Assembly: GCA_050273025.1 (NCBI GenBank)
Contig: CP158635.1
Span: forward strand, 7,564,001 to 7,628,000
Direction: 5' to 3'
DNA: 64,000 nucleotides
DNA from: Cenococcum geophilum
Taxonomy: Eukaryota
The notes under the pieces were generated by a model. The model had not been told where the DNA came from, made no database searches, and worked only from the letters and a program-made list of their open reading frames with translations. Below are positions 27,433-41,002 of this stretch, one piece after another. Numbering within the stretch: position 1 is the stretch's first letter; every line of letters starts with the position of its first letter. The position numbers were made by a program, and so were the translations under genes.

Positions 27433-28116
27433 CTCCCAGATTTAATTAAGGTTTACCCTATTTTCTTACTAGATAAGCTATAGAAAGCTATAAACGACCT
27501 ATTACCTAGATAAAAGAACAAACCTCCCCTACCGATTTAAGTTAATGGCGACGATGAATAGGAAATTAAAGAAGTACTAGCCTGTAAACTAGTAAGGAAA
27601 ACGCTAAAGTACCGCGTTAGTTAGAAAGGCTATAACCTAGACCCTAGCTAGTACCCTATATAGAACTTTATTAGTAGTCCCTATAAGCTTTAAGAATTCT
27701 ATAGCTATTACCCTAATAAACTAGGACCCCTAAAGTACCTAGACAAGTAGATAAAGTGCTAGTATAGTAAGGACGATAAGCTACTAAAAGAATATAAAGA
27801 TAAGAACGCCCTATAGGCATAATACGGATATATAAAGCCTAAGGGCAGGCTTTTACGGAGGGGGGGTAATATTACGGTACTAGTAGAACTTGGCAGAACT
27901 TAACTGGCAGAACTTAGCAGAGCTTAGTTAGTAGAACTTAGCAGAACTTCGTGGTTACGTAACTAGAGGACCGTATAAAAGAACCCTACTTTGACCGGCG
28001 CTTCTCCTTTCCTTTCTCTAGCTTTAGATTCTTGTTTATAGACAATCCAATCGTACAGGTTTGCGCGTCCCTTATACCGTACTCGTGCCTTAATTAACTG
28101 AGCCGCTAATATATAC

Positions 28117-28900
28117 TCTCTTATACGTGCAAAGAATAGCCTATTTTAGATCTTTTAGGTCTATTATAGTACTTATTAAAACATTAGCTAAACCTCTAAT
28201 ATTAGTAATAGTAAATAGTATATAGGAATCGGCTTCTAGCAAAGCAAGATAATAAAATCTCAAGTAAGAGTTATATACCATAAGAGGTTCCTTAGCCCCC
28301 AGCCTATTAGAAGCCTTTAGTATACGCTACTTAGCAGAACCTATAATGTCTAAGTCCTAAAGAAAACATAATTATTAATATATATAGATTTTAACTAAAT
28401 ATATAAAAGGTTGCGTTAGCTTCTACCGCGGGTTAGTACTATCTTAGCGAAGATTAAGGTTAATTAGTAGGATATTTAAATGTCTTAGTAACTATAACAC
28501 AAATTAAGCCAGATCCATCGCCAGAACTTATTAAGGAAGGAAGTTATTTCTTACCTAATATGCTATAGAGGCGGAGGAACCTATAGGAAAGCGGTGCTGC
28601 AATTTATTATCCTTAGTAGGCTCTTTTAATTAAGTAATACAAATAGTTACCTAAGCTTAAAGCTGTTAAGGCTAAGCCCTTATATATTAACGTAAAGCAG
28701 TATAATTAGATTTTGGTAAGACGCAAAGCTTATATATAATTTAACAGCACGTTTTAAAAAGGACGAAAGCTATATTAGTATAAATCCCGATATAAGCATA
28801 TAATGAGATAACCACGTGGTCCTTATAGACAGTTTCTAACTACTAAAGACACTGCGGCTCCTTTTAGTAGCGGAGGCACCGAGGATAATTCACAGATATA
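28117..28900 (+). pseudogene. hapB: NF-YA / Hap2 / HapB CCAAT-binding factor subunit paralogue, RIP pseudogene (5' part probably ~17790-18106, split by Gypsy-2)
   Basis: 28677-28841 translates PLYINVKQYN*ILVRRKAYI*FNSTF*KGRKLY*YKSRYKHIMR*PRGPYRQFLT. Transition reversion gives PLYVNAKQ..RIL.RR.AR...KGRKPY.HESRH.HAMRRPRGP.GRFLT, the CBFB_NFYA signature. Confidence 0.9.
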
Positions 28901-29129
28901 AACCGCGTAATATACCACCACGTCTTATATAAAAACGTCTTAGTATATAAAGACCTACTTTTATTACTAGGCTAATAAAAGGAGTTCTTATATAATTATA
29001 CTTAACACCTAAAGTGGCTATAAAACACTATCTACTTTAAGAGAAATGTATTTAATATATATAAGGTGTTTTACTAGCTTTAATAGGGGCTATGCTTGCT
29101 TTAAGAGAAGTTACTACGCATAAACTAAA

Positions 29130-29352
29130 TATAACGGTGCTAGGGCGCGTTGCCTGCTAAATTCTGCTAAATGCAACCATATTCTACCACATCCTATAAT
29201 TAGCTCGCCTACTACTAGCGCCTTGGCGGTTACCTCTATATATTTTTTTACATCGGTCCTAGCGACTCCTTTTCCTTCTCTTTAGCGTAGTATCTTTGTA
29301 ATATAGCATTTATTTAAGCTTTGGTTTAGAGATATTTATTTAAGCCATAACA
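29130..29352 (+). mobile_element. Solo LTR
   Basis: tataacgg (TGT after RIP reversion)...ccataaca. TSD ctaaa on both sides. Homologous to 49187-49386. Confidence 0.88.
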
Positions 29353-29971
29353 CTAAATTAGCTATCTAAACTATAAGGGCGAACAGAAAATGGCGATTAT
29401 TCTCTTTATATTTGGTTCTTCTTCTCTTTAAAGTCTTTTGGCGTAAGCTTTATAGGCACTGGATATATTTAACTCTGTACTTAATTAGAAGATATTTTTA
29501 GATAAAGGTCGTTAATATATAAGCTATTCTATAGTTAGTGGCTATAACTACTGCTTTATAGACGTGTAAAAGTACTATTTATTTTACACGTTTTGAACAT
29601 AAAATACTTTTACCCCAGCTATAGATCGTAACTCGTCTGCTTTTTTAAAAAGGGTCTTTATTCTTTTACGTAATATCTCTCGTTTTTACTTTGCTTTAGC
29701 TCCTTAAGCCTTTATATTAGAGTTTTGTATTTATAATAAATTGAGAATAGTTCTAGATATACTACTAGAACACTTACCTCCACTCTTGTCACCTATCTTT
29801 AAGTTAGTAGAATTAGTAGAATCTATAATGCTTGTAAAATTAAGGAAATTACTTAACTATTATTTATAATAATAAAAGTAAGTCTATTGTTAAAAAAACC
29901 TATATATAACTATATTTAATTATAACTATTTATAAAACTTAAGTCTACTATTTATAATTTAATAGCCAGTA

Positions 29972-30118
29972 ACGTAGTTAACGGGGTTTTGACCGGTCCC
30001 TGAGTTATAACCGATTTAAAGTTTTACTAGTTATTTGTCGGCGGGTCGGCGTTTTGGCGAACTTTGATTTTCAAATCGGTCATAACCCAGGGACCGGTCA
30101 AAACCCCATTAACCACGT
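29972..30118. mobile_element. pogo/Fot1-like MITE, 147 bp
   Basis: ACGT termini, TA TSD, ~45-bp inverted repeats (ggggttttgaccggtccc / gggaccggtcaaaacccc). Confidence 0.88.
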
Positions 30119-33100
30119 TATATTTATTAAAAAAGATATAAAGAAAGTTCTAAATACTTTAAAGTATTGCTTATTATAATTTTTACTCTTCTACATTCCA
30201 ATAAAGTAAAATCAATTTAAATTATATATTTCTTAACTATTTTACTAGTTATTCTATTGGAAGAATAAATAAGTATTAATAAGTTTAACTTTAAGAAACT
30301 ATAACACTAGAAAAGAGAAGGAGTTTAGCTTGCGTAGCCAGTGCTCAACACTATAGGGCGATAATAGCGAGCCTAGGATTTTGCTCAGAATATTAGATTC
30401 TAGGCAATATATTTTTAAGCCGAAGTAGCTACTAACTAAGAGAGAGTAACGCAGTGTAAGTGGATAAGGGGTTTTTAAGGAGAGGAAATTGTTATATAGC
30501 CTAATTAAATAGAACTTCTGTTAGCTGAGATCTCGTCTAATATATATGCTTAATTAATCTTAGCTTAATTCTCTAGAGCTATTTAAGGCGATCTGTAGAT
30601 ATCTACCTATATTACCTACTTAATAATAGAGTAATACTTGCGAATATTACCATATAAAAACTAAGACAAGATACCCCTATATAAAATACCTCTATATCTC
30701 CCTTTTCTACTTTAATATTAGGTTATAATAAATAAGTAGTGGAGTATATTAGTTTTAAAACAAAAAAGTAAGGAAATATAGAAATTATATAAAAAAACAC
30801 TTCCGTATGCAATATATATAGAAATAAGAAATAGATTCTATGGATTAATACTACATTATAAAATAGAAAGTAAGAGTGCTAAAATACACTATAAGAAAAA
30901 TGCGAGTATAGTACTAATAATTAAGCAACCTACAGCTGTTTTATAAAGAAGTGCAGCTAAAGCGTTATTTAAAGGAATAAGCTGGTTTATAGGGTAAGAG
31001 GTTAATAAGCTACTTAATAGTGAAGAAATTTAAATAGGAAGTGGATTATAATATATAGCATTTATATAACTTATACAAATGTATCTTATTCCAATTGTTA
31101 TATTTTTTAAACTTTTAAACTTATACTTTAAAGATAAAAACTAAAGGCTAGAATTAGTAAAATTACTTATTAGACTTTGTTTTACTAATATATAGAATAA
31201 GAACTCCTTTAATCATCCTTTCTTTACTAGAAATAATTAGAAAAAAAGTATTCCTAGTCCTATACTAGCGCATCCCGTAGCTATATACGCTACTTTCTTA
31301 TATATTTAATTAAAATTTATATCTAATAAACATAATTAAGGAACTAGAAGCTAGTTTTAATAGGTACTAGTAAATTTAGGGAGGTGCTTTTATCTGTTGT
31401 CGTTTTATTAGAATTTAGCTAATTATAAGTATAAGAACGTAGAGCTACTATAGGCTAGAAATATATTCTACGTATAGGATATAATATAAAAAAGAAGAGG
31501 CAAGGAAAGAGGAAAAGAGGTAGTTATATTAGGGGTTGTCACGGAACCCTACCGTAGGGACCTCTATAGGAGAGCCCCGTGCTCTTGCGTATACCTTACA
31601 TACAGCTTATATCAGCTACGCGTAGGTATATCACCTCCTTACGCCCTTGACCCTTACGATCGATCGCGTAATATCTTGTAGACTCCTTAAATACATACGC
31701 TTTATAGCTACTGCCCCCGTTCCATAACATTACGTTACGCCTTTTTTACCACTAACGCTTAGCCTATAACCAATTTTACGTCTCTATAATACTGTAGGTG
31801 CTACTAAAAGTAACGCGTCTATAAATTACCTTACTTTATACTTCTAAGGAACCTATAATAGTAAGATAATATCCCTTACTAGCTACTATATTAAACCTAA
31901 AAAAAATCTAATACCTATACTTAACCTATAACGCTAATTAATCCTAGGAGAATTTAATTTATTAGCCCTAGCCTTAACCCCTAAGGAGACGGACACTAAT
32001 AATATCTTATCTTTTATTATATAACTATAGATAAGTAAATAGAAGGGCTACTACCTATTAAAATTAAAATATAAGACGCCGAGACGTTTGTAAAAATAGT
32101 AGCACGAGACCCTAATAAATACTACCGCCTTCTATAGAACTACTACTTAAAGTTTATATAAGCCGAGATGCGTACTACCTAAGATTGCGATATTATTTAA
32201 GACCTATAAGCTTATAAGGCGCTTACTAATAACACACGTTAAGAAACTAAAAATAACCTCTATATATCTAAACGCGACGTCTAATAGTTAAAGAAGGCTA
32301 AGATTGTACTAATTGCTATAGTTACTAAAAGAGAAGGCATAATTAAATACCTATAATCTTAGCTTAATAAGCACATTTATAATAATGCTGGATACCTCTT
32401 TACTATTTATAACGCCACCTAAGTCTCTACGCCCCTAGTAACTTTACTTACTTAACGCTTAATAGAGGGCTAGCGCTAAGCAGCTTTACCTAATAGAAAC
32501 CCTTACTAAAGCAGGAATAATAAAAGCTATAATAATTGGACCTAAACTACTACCGTAGGGTCTAATATACGCTACCCTAATCTCTTAGTCTTTTAGGGAG
32601 ACCGCAAGGAATATAGCCACTAGAAGATATAAATCCGTAAAAAAACTAACTTTAAGCACCTACCTTTTTCCTATAAAAGATACTAAGATTAGCTATATTA
32701 TTGGGCAAATAAAGGGTATACTATTTAATAGACTCTTCGCCTAATAGGAAACTAGTAGCCCCTAGAAGTAGCAGTCTTACTAAAAAGTCTTTAACGATCT
32801 TAACTTAATATACCGTAATTATAACCTACTAGCTACTAACTAAGCTAAACTACGTGCCCTAAAGATAAGCCCTACTAAATTATTTAATAAATTCTATATT
32901 AAATTCTAGGAATACATTAGAGCTCTCGCCTAAGACGATACTAAAGACTAGGAGGACCTCCTTAAAAAAGTTACTTATTGCCTTAGTTACGCAGCCGCCA
33001 GCCATAACTATAATAATGTTTATAATATAGTAGCAACTCTATAGAAGATTAAACGATAACTAAATTAGATTGCTACTACTAACCTTTACCTACAAACCTC

Positions 33101-35199
33101 TCTATAGAAGTCCTCCGGGCCTACTAAACCTATATATACTAAGCCACTAACACCTACTACCTTAAGTACTACTAGAACTAATATCGATTTCTCTATACTA
33201 ACCTTCCTATAAATACTCCTAGATAGAGAGCGCAAGCTACTCCAGAAACTAAAATGCTGCTATAAATGCTATTAAAAAGGCTATTATCGCGATAACCTAA
33301 ACTGCCTAATAGCTAAGTTTAGTAGCTACCGCCTAATACCTAACCTAATACCCTAAACACTAAATACGTTACTATATACCACTACCGTACAAAATAAAAA
33401 TATAGTAATAGTAGTAAAGTTAGATACGGAAACAGAAAACGCTAAGTCCTAGCCTTAAGTTATAGGTTAGGACGCCCTAATAACAGAAGGATCTATATAT
33501 CGGCTTACTTAATAGATAACTCTATAAAGATAAACGGACGGAAATAGATAGTTTTACCTATAATAGGAACTACTACTAAAAAATAATATAAAAGCCGTTC
33601 TATAATTAATTGCAAAGCTACTAATAAATTTATAAATACCTAATTTATGCGTATTTATAACCTACCTACCTTACCCCTTACCAAAGCCCGCGCCCTATAA
33701 CTCGCTAATAGTAATTATACCGTATAAAAGATTACCTATATAGCATAACTCTACCTAGATATAAATGGGCACTAGGAAGAACTCTAGGCCTATATTATAC
33801 TACTTACTAACTACTCTATTATTCTTGGAATAAACTAGCTTAAATAATACAACCCTACCATTAACTAGAAGAAAAGAGAAGTAACTTTTAACTCTAAATA
33901 CTATAGAGAGACTTGCCTAGGGTATAGCCTAGCTACCTCTATTTACTCCCTAGGATATTAACCTAAGGAACCCCTTATTACTCCACCTACAACTAACTAC
34001 TACTACGTAAGTACCCTAGCCTTTTACCGTATAGTACGTAAGAAAGGCTAAACTATTATTATAGCTTTCTAATTATAACTATATAAGCTTAATAAAGAAT
34101 AAAATTATATCCTCTATAGTAATAAAATAGATATAGTTAACCTTTTAAAAGACAACGCCCCTACGGAACTCTACGGACTTTTACCTTTAGACTTTAAGAA
34201 GTTTATAAAGCTTAAAAAAGGACTTACCAATAAAGAACTCCGCAAGCTCCTCCCTAAGAGGTACTATAACTTTACCAATATATGCTTATAAAAGAGCGTA
34301 AATATACTCCCCCTATATTAACCTAATAACTATACCATTAATATTGAATAAGGAAAAATGCTACCTTATAAGAGATTCTACCTAATATTAAAAGATGAAC
34401 TTCTAATTATAAAAAAGTATATTAACAAGCACCTTAATAAAGGATTTATTTATCCTAGCATATTACTAGCAGCCGCCCCTATCCTTTTTACTAAGAAGCT
34501 AAAAGGAGGTATTTAATTCTATATTAACTATAGAGGACTTAACGCTATTATAATTAAAAACTAATACCCAGTACCGCTTATATATAAGACCCTTAAGCGG
34601 TTTAGTTAAGCCAAAATCTATACTAAGCTTAATATTATCGCCGCCTTTAACTATTTCTAAATATAGGAAGGTAATAAATAGAAAACCGCATTCGCATTAC
34701 GCTTTGGCCAATTTAAATATACTATTATGCCCTTTAGCGTATATAACGGCCTAGGCACCTTCTAAAGCTATATTAATAACGCCTTATAGGACTACTTTAA
34801 CGACTTCTACTCTGCGTACCTAGATGATATACTTATTTATAATAATAACCCCTTTAAGTATACCGAACATGTTTAAAAGGTCCTATAGCGCCTTAGGGAC
34901 GCAGGACTTTATATTAATTTAAAGAAATGTAAATTCTTAGTTATAGAAGTAAAATACCTTAAACTAATTATTACTACTAAGGGTATCTATATAGACCCCA
35001 AGAAGGTACGTATAATTATTAAATAGTAAGCCTTTAATTATATTAAGGACGTATAAGCCTTCCTTAGTTTTGCTAACTTCTATTAGAAATTTATATATAA
35101 CTTTTTAGGCGTAGTAGCACTACTTATAGCAATAATACAAATAAAGGGCCTTTTTATAAAAGGAAGAAAAATATACCTACGCTTTACCTAAACGCCTAA

Positions 35200-35935
35200 G
35201 GGATCGTTCGGTTGCAAATGAGGTCCACATCATAATCTGTTCGATCTGTGCGTCTTTTAGTGTCGCTCGTTTTGTAATTAGTGGCGGCTACCACCGTGAC
35301 TTAATTGAATCAGTAAATGAGTCGATCGTTCGGTAAGCCTCTAGATGAGACTCCATATTTGACTCCGCACAATGGGTTATTGATTTTAGTGGGCGATTTA
35401 AGTGACCTCTGCCACCAGGCCTCTATCGTGACTCCCTGCTTTGGTGTAGCAATGGAGCCTCCTCCACGGCCAATACCCTCTCGCCGGTTGACCTTTTCTA
35501 CACCTGCGCCAACCTCCCGTACGAGCCGCAGTAGAGTTACCGCGACGCCCGCCGGAAACAAGCTTATCGCGATTACGAAGGTTAAGATAATGATATTATA
35601 TAAGGCTTGCAAATGCGACAGCAGTATCGCGATTGGGGCGTGCGGAGTCGCCATATTATAAGAAGTCGTTACTTTGGCATATGCGAGAGCTCCAGAATCA
35701 ATATGGAATATGGGGCAGGAGCTCGAGGCTCCTTATTGAAACGGTGCCAAGAACCTCATTTCAACTACTGTATACGGTATAGCTTGCAAATTTGACGCGC
35801 TTACCGATATGGAGGAGCTCCATATTCAAAAGTCGTCATATTTACCGAACGACAACCTCATATTCATATTTGAGCTCCATATCGGTTAAATATGGAGCCT
35901 CCATATTCAATATGAAGTTGCAACCGAACGATCCC
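35200..35935. mobile_element. PIF/Harbinger-type non-autonomous element, 736 bp, little RIP
   Basis: Perfect 18-bp TIR gggatcgttcggttgcaa. TAA TSD at 35197-35199 and 35936-35938. Subterminal ccatat repeats. Confidence 0.92.
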
Positions 35936-38388
35936 TAAATATAAGAAGACGTTCTAAGACCTTAAAAATGCCTTTACTAAAGCACTTATCTTAGCTTACT
36001 TTATACTAAAACAATAACTTTACCTTAAAACTAACTCTTCAGACTACGTTAACGTAGGTATCCTTTCCTAAATAGGTAATAACGGTCTCCTTTACCTAGT
36101 CGCATTCTACTCGTCTAAGCTTATACTATAAGAGTATAACTATAAGATCTATAATAAAGAATACCTTATAATTATATAAGCGTTTAAAGAATTCTAACCA
36201 GAACTCTCCTTAGTAGAGCTTAACTAGCTAACTAAAGTCCTTACGGACTATCGCAACCTTAAGTACTTTATAACTATAAAGTAGCTAAACTAACGCTAAG
36301 TAGTTAGAACGAGTTCCTCTTTAGTTTTAACCTTAAAATTATATATAAACTAGGAGTATAAGATACTAAACCTAATAGCCTAATATACCGCTTATAAGGC
36401 CTTCTTTAGTTTAAAGATAACCCTTATAATTAGTTCTAATAATAGATAATCCTAAAAGCACGAAATTTAGCCTTAGGCATACTACCTACAATAGAGCTAA
36501 CTATACCCTAGCTTTATACTATAGAACTAAAGTTACCTCCTAAAATTAATAAGCTTATTACTACGGCATATAACGCCTCTATTAACCTATTACTATATTA
36601 ACTTATTACCGCAAAGACCGCTAGCGCCCGTACGCTACCTATTAACCTCTAAAGCTTAGGCCAGATTAATATAGCAGCTTTAAAAGTAAAAGAGAATAGG
36701 CTCTATTATAGAGGCCGCCTATTTATCCCTAACTTAGAAAATCTATAACGGCAACTAATTTAAATAGCCTACGACCTCCGATTAAGTGGCTACTTAGGTA
36801 AAAAAGGAACTTATAAGCTTCTTAGCTAATGCTACTTCTAGCTAAAAATAATAGACTTAATTAAACACTTTATAAGTACCTACTATAGTTATAAGCGCGC
36901 CAAAGCCTTTAATATAAAGTACTAAGGACTACTATACCCTCTACTAGTACCTATATAACGATAGGCAGATATTGCTATAGATTTTATTATAGACCTACTA
37001 CCCTATAAATGACATGGCCGTACCTATAATAATATCCTTATAATAATATACCAACTTATAAAAGAGCGCCACTACGTCCTAACCGAAGGCGTAGCCGTTA
37101 GTAATGTTACTAACGCTTTTCTCTGTAAAGTTTACCGACTATATAGGTTACCTAACTTAATTACGTCCGACTAAGGTATATAATTTAACTCTAATATATA
37201 GAGACGAATCTGCTAACGCCTTAGTATCTCCGTTAAGATATCTATATCTTTTTATTATAAAACTGCTAGGCAACTAGAAAACGCTAATACTAGTATAAAA
37301 GCGTACCTACAATAGGTAGTCGCCTATAGTTAAGATAACTAGGTAGATTACCTCCTACTAGGTAAATTCGCAGCGAATAACTATATCTTAACCACTATAG
37401 GACTTACCCCGTTCTTTATAAATAAGGGTTATTACCCCTAATCCGGTATAGAGCTACTAGAACCTATTAATAAGAAACTACCATATAGAAAACGCCTTAA
37501 GATGCTACTTACTAACCAATATACAGACTATATAAAAAATCTACTCAACTACTGTAAGGGAGAAATGGCCTAGGCTTAAGTAAAGCAGGCCTACTTTGCT
37601 AACTATTATAAAACGCCACCACTGGAAATGCGTGTTAGCAACTAGGTATAGCTAAATATACGTAATATCTCTATATAGAGGCCTATAAAGTCACTTAATT
37701 ATAAGAACCTTAGCCCCTATTTAATTAAATAAGTTATTAATAGGGGAGCCGTATATAAGCTAGAACTCCTACCTACCCTAACTACTCGTAGGATATAGCC
37801 CATATTTTACCTATAGCTACTATACCTCTATTAGCCTAACCCCTTACCGGGATAGATATAGCCTAAACCCCTACTAGTACTAATTTAAGATAAGAATAAA
37901 GACGAGAACTATAAGGAGTGGACTATTAAACAAATTATTAACTTTAAATACTTTAGCAAAGGTAGAGGACAACGGCTCTACTATAGAGCTATATACATAG
38001 GATTCGATATAAATTAGCTAAAATGGCAACTATAGGAAGACTTTGAAAATGCAAAGGATCTAATTAGCGACTTTTACTACGCAAACCTATAGAAACTAGG
38101 CCTAAGCAGAGACTTTATACCTAATTCTTTATAAAAGCCTATATAGAGTTAAACCGTTATACATTACTACGTAAGGGTAAATTACCGTTAGATTGCCGTT
38201 AAATTGCAGTAAAGTGCGATTACGTAACCGGAATATTGTTAAGATGTCTAGGAACTTCGACCGGCGGTTAAAGTTATCTAATTAGTCGGATTCTTAGATG
38301 CTAAGCCCTATTATATAATGTTATTTTAAACCTTTAGCAATACCCCCTTGTTTCTTCTTTTCTATACCTTAAGTGTCCCTTCTATATA

Positions 38389-39409
38389 CATCAGGAAAAT
38401 GTTCATGCCTCCTGACAGTACTGACAGGCTCCTGACAGCTCCTGTCAGGGCTGCCAGGATCTCCAGGAGACCCTCACACTCGGTTTCCTGTCAGGAGCCT
38501 GTCAGGAGGCCGCCCGGACCAAACGGACCAAACGGACCTCCAGGACCTCCAGGACCTCCAGGACCATCAGGACCATTAGGACAATTAGGACAATTAGGAC
38601 AATTAGGACAATTAGGACAATTAAAATAATTAAAATTCTAGATTTTAAAATGAGGTATACTAATACTCCAGTATTTACAGCAGTTAAAATATAAAAATCA
38701 GGTTAATTTTAGGCCCTATTCTATATACACAATGCTTTAAGCCATCTAAATAATCCAAATCGATCCTTCCTACCTACCACCTATGGCTGTGTCTACTCGG
38801 GCGTCAAGCGATCGATCGAGGAGACGAGGGGTAATCTCTCGCAGAGGCTCCAAACCGTCGATTGGCGGTGTTCCCGATGATCCGCCGGCCGTGTACTGAT
38901 TTCCTAACTAGGCCTAGTGCCTGTCCTGCCTGTCCTGCCTGTCCGACCGTCCTACCTGTTCGTGCCTACTGTCTGTGCCTACCTGTCTGTGCCTGCCTGT
39001 CGTGCCTACTTGTCTATGCCTACCTGTCTGTATCTATAATTCGGGGGAGATGTCGGCCCGATCGAAGGCTCTGCTTGATTTGATTGCGATTAATTGTATT
39101 GATTCGAATCGTTCTCTATGGGCGTTCGCTGGCTGTACGTTTGAACGGTGGTCGTCTGGGGTGCCTCCCTAAGAGGCCTTAATTCGATTTGATTTGGTAA
39201 CGGGATAATATCAAGGCTCTGGTTCGATTCGATCGATTGAATTGATCGTGGTGTCCGCTGGCTGGTCGTTCAAACGATTATCGTCTGGCTCTGGCGACGG
39301 TGTCTGGTTCTGGCGACGGTCCTCTCCTACCTGCCTACCTACCTACCTGTCTGCCTACCTACCTACCTACCTACCTACCTACCTACCTACCTACCTACCT
39401 ACCTACCTA

Positions 39410-39453
<44 letters not shown>

Positions 39454-40749
39454 CGTCAGTGTCTGGTTTAATTCGGGGGAGGGGCCGGCCTAATCGAAGG
39501 CTCTGATTGATTCGAACCGTTCTCTATGGGTGTTCGCTGGCTGTACATTCGAACGGTAGTCGTCTGGGGTGCCTCCCTAGGAGACCTTGATTCGATTCGG
39601 TGAGCCGATATCGAAGCTCTGGTTCAATTCGATCGATCAATTGATTGAATCGTTCGTGGTGTTTGCTGGCTGGTCGTTCGAACGGTCGTCGTCTGGTTCT
39701 GGCAACGGTCGTCTGGTTCTAGCGACCGTCTGGTTCTAGCGACCGTCTGGTTCTAGCGACCGTCTGGTTCTGGCGACGGTCGTCTGGTTCTGGAAACGGT
39801 CATCTCGTTCTCGCAACGGTCGTCTGGTTCTGGCGACGGTCCTCTGCTGGTTGCCGTTCTAGTGCCTCCTAAGGTAGGGAGGATGTAAGGTAAAAATAAG
39901 GTGGCTACAAAGGGGGTAACTTGGCAGAGGCACGTGTGGCAATCGGGAATATAGCGGGGACCCGATAGTAATGTGTGCGGAGCTTCGTGTAGAGCCTCCG
40001 TACGCAGAGCTTCGCGCAGAGCCTCGTGCAGAGCCTTTGTACGTAGAGCTTCTTCGTATAGAGCTTTGCGCAGAGCTTCGTGTAGAGCTTCGTATAGAGC
40101 TTTATGCAGAGCTTCGTGCAGAGCCTCTGTACGTAGAGCTTTGTGTAGAGCCCCGTGTAGAGCTTCGTGTAGAGCTTCGTGTAGAGCCTCTGTACGCAGA
40201 GCTTCGTGTAGAGCCTCGTGTAGAGCCTCGTGTAGAGCCTCGTGCAGAGCCTCGTGTAGAGCTTCGTGCAGAGCTTCGCGTAGAGCTTCGTGCAGAGCTT
40301 CGCGTAGAGCTTCGTGCAGAGCTTCGCGTAGAGCTTCGTGCAGAGCCTCGTGTAGAGCTTCGTGTAGAGCCTCGTGTAGAGCTTCGTGTAGAGCTTCGTG
40401 TAGAGCTTCGTGTAGAGCTTCGTGTAGAGCTTCGTGCAGAGCCTCGTGCAGAGCCTTAGTAGTGTTGCTTGAGGGGTGTGCATAGGATGTTGCTTTGGGT
40501 ATCCTGCCAGGAACCTGACAGGACGATCAGGAAATACTAGTTTCCTGTCAGGACGATCAGGAAAATCAAAGATCCTGTCAGGACAATCAGGACAATCAAG
40601 ATCCTGGTAGGCTCCTGGCAGGACAATCAGGACGATCAAGATCCTGGTAGGCTCCTGGCAGGAGCCTGTCAGGACGACCAGGACGATCAGGAAATCAAAA
40701 TCCTGCCAGGAGGCCTCCAGGATCTTGGCACCCTAACAAAATGCTGATG
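38389..40749 (+). mobile_element. CATCAG-terminated non-autonomous element, copy 2 (least mutated), inserted in the Gypsy-3 3' UTR
   Basis: ta|catcagg...gctgatg|ta. 9-bp caggacaat/caggacgat subterminal repeats in both arms. Same composite core (~38920-40455). Confidence 0.85.
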
Positions 40750-41002
40750 TATATATAGTAACTATAGCGTCGCCAGAGCTCCGCCTCTATAAGAGGGGGG
40801 GTAGTATTACGGAACCCCACCGTAGGGGCCTCTATAGGAGAGCCCCGTGCTCTTACATACACCTCATATACAGCTTATATCAGCTACGCGTAGGTATATT
40901 ACCTCCTTACGCCCTCGACCCTTACGATTAATCGCGGAACGTCTTGTAGACTCCTTAAATACGTACGCTTTATAGCCACTACCCCCGTCCCGTAATAGGG
41001 GT

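Larger units (their letters stand above)
18107..28111 (+). mobile_element. Ty3/Gypsy chromovirus (Gypsy-2), RIP-inactivated, carrying a nested LINE and TRIM
   Basis: LTRs 18107-18308 and 27870-28111. TSD tatac on both sides. PPT ggagggggggg. Gag zinc knuckle ~19516, protease ~19766, RT ~20850-21400, RNase H/integrase after 24813, chromodomain ~27556. Confidence 0.95.
31537..40997 (+). mobile_element. Ty3/Gypsy chromovirus (Gypsy-3), RIP-inactivated, with two nested DNA elements
   Basis: 193-bp LTRs 31537-31729 and 40805-40997. TSD ggggt. PPT aagagggggggg. Zinc knuckle ~33254, RT YLDDIL ~34817, RNase H ~36020, integrase ~36780, chromodomain ~37916. Confidence 0.95.

Noticed and set aside
35310..35795. 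Overlapping ORFs inside the Harbinger-type element as functional genes
   Set aside because: Short, with no DDE or Myb motif recognised. At most remnants.
38348..38629. Collagen-like GPP/GQL ORF
   Set aside because: Translation of 9-bp subterminal repeats. The ORF also crosses the element boundary.
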